Source: an uncultured Candidatus Saccharibacteria bacterium
Lineage (GTDB): Bacteria > Patescibacteriota > Minisyncoccia > Phycocordibacterales > DATDWN01
Reading direction: 5' to 3'
Assembly: GCA_964603545.1 (NCBI GenBank)
Contig: CAZRVD010000001.1
Location: 68,358 to 132,357, forward strand
Length of the DNA: 64,000 nucleotides
The notes under the pieces were generated by a model. That model saw nothing but the letters and a program-made list of their open reading frames with translations, had not been told where the DNA came from and ran no database searches. Made by a program: the position numbers and the translations under genes. This document shows, one piece after another, positions 49,058 to 57,521 of the stretch; within the stretch, counting starts at the first letter, position 1; the number at the start of each line of letters is the position of its first letter.

Positions 49058-49125
49058 TGGTCATGCGACCATTCTGGGTTGCGCACGGTTGCGGTCATAC
49101 GACCACTGCTCGCTTTCAGCGGTTG
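49058..49125 (-). repeat. Two tandem copies of the 34-bp repeat (copies 3 and 4)
   Basis: Minus strand CAACCGCTGAAAGCGAGCAGTGGTCGTATGACCG followed by CAACCGTGCGCAACCCAGAATGGTCGCATGACCA. Confidence 0.85.
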
Positions 49126-49172
49126 CATAAAGTTTAAGTAAGTGTAGATTGATATTTAGGGAGGCAGACAGG

Positions 49173-49499
49173 ATGCTGAGCGGAGTCCAGCTGAACGAGG
49201 TAGTGAAGGATGTCAAGATATTTCGGATGAAGAGAGGACTGGAGAGAAAAGACCTGGCCTTGGAGGCTCAGGTTGGAGTTAGGTTTGTCCGAAACGTGGA
49301 AGAAGAGAGAAGGCTCAAGTGGAGGCTTCCACTAGTGCAGAAGCTTCTGCGGGTTCTGGTGGCACTGGATCTCAAACTTCATGAAGAGGCCATCAAAAAG
49401 AAAGTCAGCCAAGTTGCTCATTCACCTCGCAAGAAGAGGCGTTGCAGATTCGACCGGCGTCGTGGCGGAGTTGTTCTGAATCGGCGCTGTCGCAGGTAA
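49173..49499 (+). CDS. GC-rich XRE-type HTH protein with Arg-rich tail
   Basis: FRMKRGLERKDLALEAQVGVRFVRNVE; SD GGGAGG. Confidence 0.6.
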   Translation: MLSGVQLNEVVKDVKIFRMKRGLERKDLALEAQVGVRFVRNVEEERRLKWRLPLVQKLLRVLVALDLKLHEEAIKKKVSQVAHSPRKKRRCRFDRRRGGVVLNRRCRR

Positions 49500-49516
49500 G
49501 TTCTTCGTTTTCGAAA

Positions 49517-49554
49517 AAGGCTCTGGGTGTGTGGCGTCACACACCCAGAGCCTT
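49517..49554. terminator. Bidirectional terminator-like hairpin
   Basis: 17-bp arms AAGGCTCTGGGTGTGTG/CACACACCCAGAGCCTT between convergent genes. Confidence 0.7.
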
Positions 49555-49563
49555 CGTTCGTTT

Positions 49564-49597
49564 TGGTCATACGACCTCTGCTCGCTTTCAGCGATTG
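49564..49597 (-). repeat. 34-bp repeat, copy 5
   Basis: Minus strand CAATCGCTGAAAGCGAGCAGAGGTCGTATGACCA directly after the typA TAA. Confidence 0.85.
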
Positions 49598-51388
49598 TTA
49601 TTTTCTAACTGATTTCTTTCTCAATCGGACGGATTTTGGGGTTATCTCAATATACTCATCATCCGACATGATTTCCATAGCTTTTTCAATATCTAGTTTA
49701 AAAGTAGCGGCAAGGTAAACAGAACCATCTGAACTAGAAGATCGCATGTTTGTTAGTTGTTTACCTTTTGTTGGGTTTACTATTAGATCTTCACCCTTTG
49801 ATACGTTTCCAATAACCATTCCAACATAAACTTCTGTTCCGGGGTCTATGTATAGTGTTCCTCTTTGTTGTAGGTTATCTAATGCAAAAGCAAGTGCTTT
49901 ACCTTTTTCCATTGAAACCATTGAACCGTAGCTAGTACGATTTATTTCTCCAACATATTCTCTGAATTCAACAAATCGTGAAGAAAGTATTCCGAGACCT
50001 TTTGTATCTACTACAAATTGTCCACGGTATCCCAAAAGTCCTCTTGTTGGTATTTCAAACGTCAGCCGTTGTGTTCCGTGACCTTGTTTTACGTTCATTA
50101 GAACTCCGCGTCTTTCTGTAAGTCTTGAAATAACTGAGCCAGCGATTTCGTCTGGAACATCCACCGTGACTTCTTCAAAAGGTTCCATTTTTATCCCATT
50201 AACTTCTTTTATAATAACTTGTGGCTGTGAGACTTGGAGTTCAAAACCTTCTCGTCTCATATTTTCACAAAGTATTGCAATATGAAGTTCACCACGACCA
50301 TATACGGTGTAGTATTCGTTGTTGTTCCAATCCACTTTTAGTCCGACGTTTATTTCCAGCTCCTTTTCAAGTCTGTCGCGGATTTGTCTACCTGTAACAA
50401 ACTTTCCTTCCTTTCCTGCGAAAGGTGAGTCGTTAACTAAAAAGTTTAGAGAAATTGTAGGTTCATCAATGTTGATAGATGGTAGTGGTTCCGCATCTTC
50501 ACTTTGGCAAATAGTGTCTCCAATATAAACTGTTGGAAGTCCAGCAATCATCACAATGTCTCCTGCGGAAGCCTCTTTTATTTCTACTCTTTTGGTTCCT
50601 TCAAAACTGAAAAGTTTAGTAAGCTTTCCAGAAACAGTAGCTGGCGCTTTTGCATCGTGATGTTGTTTCACAAACACGGCATCATTGTTTTTAATAACAC
50701 CTTCATAAACTCTACAAACTGCAAGTCGTCCAAGGAAGTTGTCGTATGCTAAATTAAACGATTGCAGTCTTGCGGGCGCGGTTTTGTCACCTGTAGCAGG
50801 TGGGACTTCTTTTAAAATTGTTTCAAGAAGGGGGGTAAGGTCCTTGCTTTCATCTATTAGTTTCATTTTTGCAATACCTTGTCTTCCTATAGCATACACA
50901 GTTGTGAAATTAAGCTGTTCATCATTTGCTCCAAGTTCCATAAACAATTCCAAAACCATTTCGTGTACATCATCTGGTCTTGCAGCTGGTTTATCTATTT
51001 TGTTTATAATAACGATTGGTTTAAGTCCGAGTTCAAGGGATTTTTTCAAAACAAAACGAGTTTGTGGCATTGGCCCTTCTTGGGCGTCTACTAAAAGTAA
51101 AACTGTATCAATAGAACGTAGTACGCGTTCTACTTCAGAACCAAAGTCTGAGTGGCCTGGAGTATCCACAATGTTGATTTTTGTTACTTCTCGGCCTGAA
51201 TCAGCTGGGGGATAGTAAACTGATGTATTTTTTGCATATATAGTAATACCACGCTCTTGTTCTAGAGCGTTTGAGTCCATGGTTACACCTTCCTCGGTTA
51301 CCATGCCAGTCTGGCGCATTAGGGCGTCAGTTAGGGTTGTTTTGCCGTGGTCGACGTGGGCTATAATTGCTATGTTACGAATTTCCAT
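49598..51388 (-). CDS. typA: Translational GTPase TypA/BipA
   Basis: RNIAIIAHVDHGKTTL, DTPGH, NKID, GRGELH, MRREGFE, EITPKSVRLRK. Confidence 0.96.
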   Translation of the reverse strand: MEIRNIAIIAHVDHGKTTLTDALMRQTGMVTEEGVTMDSNALEQERGITIYAKNTSVYYPPADSGREVTKINIVDTPGHSDFGSEVERVLRSIDTVLLLVDAQEGPMPQTRFVLKKSLELGLKPIVIINKIDKPAARPDDVHEMVLELFMELGANDEQLNFTTVYAIGRQGIAKMKLIDESKDLTPLLETILKEVPPATGDKTAPARLQSFNLAYDNFLGRLAVCRVYEGVIKNNDAVFVKQHHDAKAPATVSGKLTKLFSFEGTKRVEIKEASAGDIVMIAGLPTVYIGDTICQSEDAEPLPSINIDEPTISLNFLVNDSPFAGKEGKFVTGRQIRDRLEKELEINVGLKVDWNNNEYYTVYGRGELHIAILCENMRREGFELQVSQPQVIIKEVNGIKMEPFEEVTVDVPDEIAGSVISRLTERRGVLMNVKQGHGTQRLTFEIPTRGLLGYRGQFVVDTKGLGILSSRFVEFREYVGEINRTSYGSMVSMEKGKALAFALDNLQQRGTLYIDPGTEVYVGMVIGNVSKGEDLIVNPTKGKQLTNMRSSSSDGSVYLAATFKLDIEKAMEIMSDDEYIEITPKSVRLRKKSVRK

Positions 51389-51396
51389 ATTGTTGT

Positions 51397-51518
51397 GAAC
51401 TTCCAGATTTGGCCAATCTCATCTTCTAAAATTTAAAAATACTCCTCACCTTAGCGCTAACTAAGGCTCGTCACATTTTTAAATTTTATAAGCGACCTTG
51501 TCTCAAATCTGAAAGTTC
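51397..51518 (+). repeat. ~120-bp imperfect palindromic element, copy E (typA leader)
   Basis: GAACTTCCAGATTTG...CACCTTAGCGCTAACTAAGGCTC...CAAATCTGAAAGTTC. Confidence 0.85.
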
Positions 51519-51636
51519 GGGTTAATTTCATTCAAAAGCCGGCAAGGCCGGCAATAGAGGTCTTATTAAAGCAAATTTAGGGAGAAAAGTCAAAAAATCG
51601 GTTGCTTTATCTCTACAAAATTGAGATTATTAAACA

Positions 51637-52233
51637 ATGTTCGCGTCACCTGCAGAGCTTATAGGAATACTAGAGCACTATAAATATTGGATTATTTTTC
51701 CAATAGCCATTTTTGAGGGACCTATAATAATAATTATTTCAGGGTTTCTCGTAAGTCTTGGTTATTTAAATGGGGTAATAGCTTATATCGTTGTTGTTGT
51801 GGCAGACATGATAGGGGATTCTCTTTATTATTCTATAGGTAAGTACTGGGGCAAAGCCTCTTGGATTAAAAAAGTAGGTAAATTTGTTGGTTATGATGAA
51901 AATAGTGAAAAGTTTTTAGAGGAGCACTTTAAAAAACACAAGGTCAAAACTTTTCTTATAGGTAAGGTAACACATGGTTTGGGGGGCTCGGTACAGATCG
52001 CTTCTGGCATAGGGAAGGTTAAATACTCAGAGTTTTTCGTATTGTCTCTTCTGGGCACAGTCCCAAAAGCGTTATTTCTAATTTTACTTGGATATTTTGC
52101 AGGTAGTTATTACGAAAGAATAAATGGTTACCTACACAATATTGCACTTGTAACTATAAGTATTTTTGTTTTAGTTTTGTTTTTTGTGATTTCAAGAAAA
52201 ATTCAGAGTAATTTTTTAAAAAGTAAAGATTAG
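51637..52233 (+). CDS. DedA family membrane protein
   Basis: EGP...GFL, GDSLYYSIG, multiple TM helices. Confidence 0.85.
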   Translation: MFASPAELIGILEHYKYWIIFPIAIFEGPIIIIISGFLVSLGYLNGVIAYIVVVVADMIGDSLYYSIGKYWGKASWIKKVGKFVGYDENSEKFLEEHFKKHKVKTFLIGKVTHGLGGSVQIASGIGKVKYSEFFVLSLLGTVPKALFLILLGYFAGSYYERINGYLHNIALVTISIFVLVLFFVISRKIQSNFLKSKD

Positions 52234-52280
52234 CTTTTTATCTTACGTGCGTTTTTTAATTTTCTTGATATAATATTAGT

Positions 52281-52529
52281 ATGGAATTCGAGATTTTCTC
52301 ACTACCAACGTTTTCAGGTTTTAATATAAGTTCAGTTTTAAATAAACCCGTGCTCGTGTGGATACTTATTGTTTTTTTCTTTTTCTACTGTGTGATTTCT
52401 GGGATACTTATGTATCACTGGTCAGCATACGGGATGAGACATCGTGGAATAATTTTGGCTAGGAGTTTATATATTTTCGTTTCTATTGTCCTGTTTGTCA
52501 TAGCAGGACTTGCTATATCTTATTATTAA
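52281..52529 (+). CDS. Small membrane protein
   Basis: Two TM helices, YHW..YG motif. Confidence 0.65.
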   Translation: MEFEIFSLPTFSGFNISSVLNKPVLVWILIVFFFFYCVISGILMYHWSAYGMRHRGIILARSLYIFVSIVLFVIAGLAISYY

Positions 52530-52534
52530 ATTAT

Positions 52535-53077
52535 ATGAATTATAAAGCGTTACACTTAGATGAAGGAGAAACTGTGGTTTTAGAAGTTCGAAAACATTGG
52601 ATTGTTTTTGCTGGTATTGCTTTCGGACTTTTAACTATTGCCTTTTTGCCAATTATTATTTTTTCTCTTCTTGAAATATTTTTGCCAAGCTTGGTGAATT
52701 TTGATTTTCCTGGGAATGGAAGTGCTTTATTTGTATTTTTGCACACTCTCTGGATATTAGGACTGTGGGCTCTATTTTTTGTTGATTGGACAAAATATTA
52801 TTTAGACGTTTGGTATGTTACCGAGAAAAGAATTATAGCTATTGATCAGAGATTTATCTTTAGTAGGGAGGTTTCAAACTTACGTTTTGACAAAATTCAA
52901 GATATCACAGTAGATGTTCATGGTTTTATTCCAACAATGCTAAATTTCGGCAGTATTCGTGTTCAAACTGCTAGTGAAGACAGTAAAGAGTTTTACATAA
53001 AAAATATAAGACATCCAGAAAACATAAGAAAGGTTATTTTTGGCCGTCAAAATAAAATAAACGACGCAGTACGTTGA
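52535..53077 (+). CDS. Membrane-flanked bacterial PH-domain protein
   Basis: VRKHW, VTEKRII, KIQDI, NFGSIRVQTAS. Confidence 0.8.
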   Translation: MNYKALHLDEGETVVLEVRKHWIVFAGIAFGLLTIAFLPIIIFSLLEIFLPSLVNFDFPGNGSALFVFLHTLWILGLWALFFVDWTKYYLDVWYVTEKRIIAIDQRFIFSREVSNLRFDKIQDITVDVHGFIPTMLNFGSIRVQTASEDSKEFYIKNIRHPENIRKVIFGRQNKINDAVR

Positions 53078-53201
53078 TTTTTTTAGTTTCTTAACCAAAT
53101 TCTTATTCACATGTGTTTTAGCACGAATCTAGAAATCAACTATTCCCTCGTGATATAATATACACGTAGTTAGTATTTATAATTAAGATAAACATTTTTT
53201 T

Positions 53202-53426
53202 ATGAAATCATTACACATGGTTACTTTTGTTCTTCTAGTAGTTGGAGGTCTAAACTGGTTACTTGTTGCTTTCGGGTATAACCTAGTAGATGGTCTTTTG
53301 GGAGAAGGATCAACGTTATCAATGTTGGTTTATATATTAGTTGGTTTGTCTGCTGTTCATCAGGTAGTTACTCATAAGAGTCATTGCAGAGCTTGTGGAG
53401 GTTCCTCTATGGGTGGCCAAATGTAA
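53202..53426 (+). CDS. DUF378 family protein
   Basis: LLVVGGLNW, YILVGLSAV. Confidence 0.85.
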   Translation: MKSLHMVTFVLLVVGGLNWLLVAFGYNLVDGLLGEGSTLSMLVYILVGLSAVHQVVTHKSHCRACGGSSMGGQM

Positions 53427-53460
53427 TATTAGAAATCTTAAATTCAGCACATAAAAACAA

Positions 53461-53488
53461 AAAACCAGAGACACAAATCTCTGGTTTT
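53461..53488. terminator. Bidirectional terminator
   Basis: AAAACCAGAGA/TCTCTGGTTTT between convergent genes. Confidence 0.7.
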
Positions 53489-53494
53489 TTGTGT

Positions 53495-54388
53495 CTAGTC
53501 GAAGAAATTAATAAGATAACCGTCTATTACTCTCTGATCCAAATCATAAAAATTTAACTTGTCATTGTACAGACTGGTAGCAAGAGGAATACTGACAAAA
53601 CGGAAGTGCCATGGCTCATAAACATAGTAGGTGTTTCCTTTGGGATAGGATAGTGTAAAGCCGTATCTGTGAGAATTTTCAGTTAGCCATTTATAGGCTG
53701 TGGTTTTTTCAAAACCAACTAGATTACCTCCGATTTCTTGGGTGGTGAAATCTAGTGTTGTGCCAAGTTGGTGTTCAGAGTAGCCCTGGTCGGCAGAAAA
53801 TTTGTTAGCTGTTCCCACACCATAAGTTACGCTATATGTTGATTTTAAACCCGCTTGTGCCCCGAAAGACCTGTACCCAGATGCTATTTGTATTTTTATA
53901 CCACTTGCAAGTGCTGATTCCAGCATTTTCTGTAGATGTGGCCAGACACTTTCGTGTATCTCTACAGGTTTGTCTTTAGTAAAAAGATATTGGGATGGAA
54001 TAGAGACTAGTTTTGGTGGTACATAATTTTCATTCAAAAAATATACTTTTGAATACTTTTTAAGCAGTTCTGTATCAGTCTTACTTAATTTCTCTAGGAC
54101 CCCTACTGTGCCCGTTAGGTTTTGTATTTGGTTTTGGAATAAACTAGTGTATTCTTTTTCTTTCTGTAGTGTGTCAGCTAAAGCTAATTTCTCTGACATT
54201 GTGTTTGTAAGTCGTTTTTGGCTAACAGAAAGGGCAGTGTCAGATTCTTCTAACTTTTGCAAAAGTACCAAATTCTGCTCCTTCAGTTTCCAAAATTGGT
54301 ATCCATTATAAGCAAAAGACAAAAGAAGAAGTGAGAGAGAACCTGTGAGAATCAGGGTTTTTCTTTTTGTTTTATCTATTGTGTGCAT
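53495..54388 (-). CDS. D-Ala-D-Ala carboxypeptidase (M15B/VanY-like)
   Basis: SGYRS, SEHQLGTTLD, YEPWHFRF; N-terminal TM and coiled coil. Confidence 0.9.
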   Translation of the reverse strand: MHTIDKTKRKTLILTGSLSLLLLSFAYNGYQFWKLKEQNLVLLQKLEESDTALSVSQKRLTNTMSEKLALADTLQKEKEYTSLFQNQIQNLTGTVGVLEKLSKTDTELLKKYSKVYFLNENYVPPKLVSIPSQYLFTKDKPVEIHESVWPHLQKMLESALASGIKIQIASGYRSFGAQAGLKSTYSVTYGVGTANKFSADQGYSEHQLGTTLDFTTQEIGGNLVGFEKTTAYKWLTENSHRYGFTLSYPKGNTYYVYEPWHFRFVSIPLATSLYNDKLNFYDLDQRVIDGYLINFFD

Positions 54389-54400
54389 GGTCTTATGGTA

Positions 54401-54730
54401 TCACATAATACCATATGAAAAATCATTAATTTTAATATCAAAATGGCTTGCAGAGTAGGTCACTAAACCTCTACTTATTATTATGATTTGAGGGGATTCG
54501 TGTTTGATATTAAAAAATTCTGCTATTTTTTTAGAAAGAATAGGCTTTTCTTGTACAGTTAAAAGGTATATTGAATTTTTTAGTTTTTTGTTGGTGATAT
54601 TTTTCTCTAGTTCTGTTTTTAAGGTATCACTACTTTCACATTGATTAGAGTATTTAAAGATTATTACAGGATTTTTTTCTGATTCTTCTAATATTTCAGA
54701 TAAATGAGTTGTTATTTTGAACAAATTCAT
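54401..54730 (-). CDS. YtxJ-like (DUF2847) thioredoxin-fold protein
   Basis: IFKYSNQC, IKHESPQII, SASH. Confidence 0.8.
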   Translation of the reverse strand: MNLFKITTHLSEILEESEKNPVIIFKYSNQCESSDTLKTELEKNITNKKLKNSIYLLTVQEKPILSKKIAEFFNIKHESPQIIIISRGLVTYSASHFDIKINDFSYGIM

Positions 54731-54805
54731 TTAAAAAGTGTAGCATATACATATGGGTATATGAATGATAAAATAAACGAAAGATTATTAAATAACTTAA
54801 AAATC

Positions 54806-55109
54806 ATGAAAGGATTTTTGGATTTTGTAAGAGAGCAGGGGGGTTGTAGGGCTCGCAGTCGGTTTTATTTTGGGCGGGGCTGTTTCAAAAGTCGTTACAG
54901 CTCTTGTAACTGATATTGTAAATCCACTATTGGGAACGATTTTGGGTGGAACTGGGGAATTAAAAACTGCTTCATTCGGGATAGGTTCTGCTCGGATTCT
55001 TTACGGAGACCTTATCTCAGTAGCCATAGATTTTCTAGTTATAGCACTCGTGGTTTATTATGGGGTAAAGCTTCTTAAACTTGATAAATTAGATAAGGCA
55101 AAGGCATAA
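54806..55109 (+). pseudogene. mscL: Large-conductance mechanosensitive channel with a +1 G frameshift
   Basis: MKGFLDFVREQG then, in another frame, VVGLAVGFILGGAVSKVVTALVTDIVNP; extra G in the run at 54838-54843. Confidence 0.8.
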
Positions 55110-55624
55110 TGGATATATTTTCACACGGACTGTATGGTGGAGTGGCTTTTGGTCGGAAGACCAAGAGAGACTACATTACTGCTTTTTTGTTTGGTATTGG
55201 GCCAGACCTTCTTGCTTTTGGTCCATTTTTCATTTTTGCTTTTTTAGGGTTTGTTCCATTTCCAACAGGAAGAATTGAACCCCCAAGTTCGAACGTTATA
55301 CCAGAGTATATTCACTCACTTTATAATTTTACGCACAGTTTTATTATATACGCTCTATTTTTTGCTTTGCTTTGGTTTTTAGGCAAAAAAACTTTTGCCA
55401 AATTGACTTTGGGATGGCCACTTCACATTCTAATTGATATGCCGGTACACTCGCTCAACTTTTTCCCAACTCCATTTTTATGGCCGGTGTCAGATTTTCA
55501 TATTGACGGAGTTCCTTGGAGTAACCCTTATATATTTTTTCCTAATATTATAGTTTTACTTGTTCTTTATGTTTTCTGGTTTTTTAAGAAAAAAAGAAAA
55601 AGATTAGAAAACCAAAACAATTAG
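55109..55624 (+). CDS. Membrane-bound metal-dependent hydrolase-like protein
   Basis: MDIFSHG, GPD, THS, HILID, PFLWP. Confidence 0.7.
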   Translation: MDIFSHGLYGGVAFGRKTKRDYITAFLFGIGPDLLAFGPFFIFAFLGFVPFPTGRIEPPSSNVIPEYIHSLYNFTHSFIIYALFFALLWFLGKKTFAKLTLGWPLHILIDMPVHSLNFFPTPFLWPVSDFHIDGVPWSNPYIFFPNIIVLLVLYVFWFFKKKRKRLENQNN

Positions 55625-56392
55625 AATTAAACAGGCAATTACAATACGATAAATTCCAAAATAGGTAAGTGAGATTTTTGTTAAATATTTCTCCATTAAA
55701 TATAATGTAAAATAGCTTGTAATAAAGGCTACTAATATTCCAAAACTCAAACTACCATAAGAATTTATCGTTTCAAATATTTCTCTAGATTTGTATGCAT
55801 CGTACAAAACTGCCACTCCCAATGTTGGAAGTGCTAGTACAAAAGTGTACTCGATTATTACAGCTTTTTTTATACCTCTTAAAATACCGGCAACTATAGT
55901 TGCGCCAGAACGAGATACTCCGGGGATAATGGCTAGTGCTTGGACTAGTCCAACCACAAAAGCATCCATAATTGTCATTTCAATTTTACCAAAGGTTGCT
56001 GAGTCAGTGACTTCATTTTGTTTCATAAAAACTTTTTCAAGATATATAAAAATTATTCCCCCGATAAGTAGAGCTAGTGACAGCACCAACATGTTTCCTT
56101 CAAGTAATTTTTTAAAAGATTTATATAAAACAAAACCTAAGATCGCACTTGGTAGGAAACTAATACATATGTTGATAAAGAGTTTTTTGTTAGTTAAGAC
56201 CTTTTTTGCAAAGAAAAATAGACCAGCAAGTAAGGCTCCTAGTTGTATAACAAGTAAATAAAATTTTATATACGGCAGAGTCAAGTTTACTCCAAGGATT
56301 TTTGAAGTGACTATAAGATGCGCGGTGGAGGATATTGGTAGGAACTCTGTCAGTCCTTCTAAAAAAGAGATAAATATTAAGTTTAAATCCAT
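55604..56392 (-). CDS. uppP: Undecaprenyl-diphosphatase (BacA)
   Basis: EGLTEFLPISSTAHL, QLGA, PGVSRSGAT. Confidence 0.92.
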   Translation of the reverse strand: MDLNLIFISFLEGLTEFLPISSTAHLIVTSKILGVNLTLPYIKFYLLVIQLGALLAGLFFFAKKVLTNKKLFINICISFLPSAILGFVLYKSFKKLLEGNMLVLSLALLIGGIIFIYLEKVFMKQNEVTDSATFGKIEMTIMDAFVVGLVQALAIIPGVSRSGATIVAGILRGIKKAVIIEYTFVLALPTLGVAVLYDAYKSREIFETINSYGSLSFGILVAFITSYFTLYLMEKYLTKISLTYFGIYRIVIACLILIVLVF

Positions 56393-56424
56393 TCGAATAT
56401 TTTAGTCTAAAACTTTGAAGTTGG

Positions 56425-56841
56425 CTATTTAAAACATTTCATGCATTTACATCCAACTGGTTTCAAGTGTTCGTCAAAGTATTCCTTGCCATAGTCGTAG
56501 GTAAGTTCCTCGCCCGCTTTGATGTTTTTAATCGCAGAGATAAAGACTCTTCCTGCTGGTCCATCGGCTTCGCAGTTACCGACACATGAGTGGTTTATAA
56601 ATCGAGCCGTGTTACTTTTTATATTTCCGTTTATGGTTTTATTTTTACCCACTTCAAAAAGGTATTTACTGTTGATTGTGTACAAATCTTTTTCTTTCAT
56701 CAAAATCCCCGTGTATTCAATAATACAACTCCCTTTAGGTATTGGGCTAAGAGTAAAAAGGCCCTTTCCAGTTCCTGATTTTTTAACTTTTAATGCAAAG
56801 TTTCCTGGGGTGTATTTACTTTTTTTCATACGGTTTTTCAT
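56425..56841 (-). CDS. SET-domain protein with post-SET Cys motif
   Basis: GKGLF, IEYTG, ARFINHSC, GEELTYDY, CKCMKC. Confidence 0.9.
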   Translation of the reverse strand: MKNRMKKSKYTPGNFALKVKKSGTGKGLFTLSPIPKGSCIIEYTGILMKEKDLYTINSKYLFEVGKNKTINGNIKSNTARFINHSCVGNCEADGPAGRVFISAIKNIKAGEELTYDYGKEYFDEHLKPVGCKCMKCFK

Positions 56842-56915
56842 TCTAACTTAAATTATCCAAAAGCGAAACCCGCCGAGACTGCACAATGTCCGTGCTGTAA
56901 CGGCGGGGGAGAGAT

Positions 56916-57452
56916 TCATAAAGACATCTCGGGGACTTTTATTGGTGCTACTCTAACCACCATCTTACTTCTAGGCCTGAATTTCCATGCGAACCACCAT
57001 AGGAGTAAGGTGTCGATCGTGCCAATCGTGATTGACCACTGTTTCGGCCAGTCACGTTTCCACCAGTTGTGAAGCTGGTGGTGGAAGTTCTCGTAGTCCT
57101 TAAGCCACTGTGACTGTGGGAGGTAGTCAATCTGGGTCCATGCCTGTACAAGGTCTGGACCGATCCCAGCAATGAAGATGAGCCACACAACCCGCCTGTA
57201 TTCTGGTTGGTTTTTGGTAAGTTTGTGACATAGCAAGAACGAAATTGCTATGTCGGTCTGGGCCCACCAGAAGTTAAAGGTGTAAGGGCTCGTGTATTCC
57301 GAACCCGAGAACAGTCCTGGCTCGAGATGTGGTATGAGGTCGAACGGCACATGTGCCAGTATGACCATGATAGGAAACCAGATCCATGATGTTTCTGGTC
57401 TGGTTTTTATGGCCACAGCTATGGCAGGTAAAATGTGCGCGCTCGGCAACAT
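56916..57452 (-). CDS. GC-rich His-rich membrane protein (hydrolase-like)
   Basis: SAH, AHVPFDLIPH, GPD, FHHQLH; SD GGAGG. Confidence 0.6.
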   Translation of the reverse strand: MLPSAHILPAIAVAIKTRPETSWIWFPIMVILAHVPFDLIPHLEPGLFSGSEYTSPYTFNFWWAQTDIAISFLLCHKLTKNQPEYRRVVWLIFIAGIGPDLVQAWTQIDYLPQSQWLKDYENFHHQLHNWWKRDWPKQWSITIGTIDTLLLWWFAWKFRPRSKMVVRVAPIKVPEMSL

Positions 57453-57521
57453 GAGACAATCCTCCGGTTTTTTGTGAACAGTCTGAGGATTAGCTTATCT
57501 CAAACTTAAATTAATATCAAA

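Noticed and set aside
49058-49125. CRISPR array from the tandem 34-bp repeats
   Set aside because: Only two abutting, non-identical units with no spacers, and no cas genes in the window.
49564-49600. Integron attC site (TAACAATCG... resembles an R'' box overlapping a stop)
   Set aside because: No complementary GTTRRRY end or full-length imperfect palindrome, and no intI in the window.
51186-51212. Short extra peptide PPADSGRE in TypA as a palindromic insertion
   Set aside because: The DNA has no convincing inverted repeat, and an insertion cannot be supported without an alignment.
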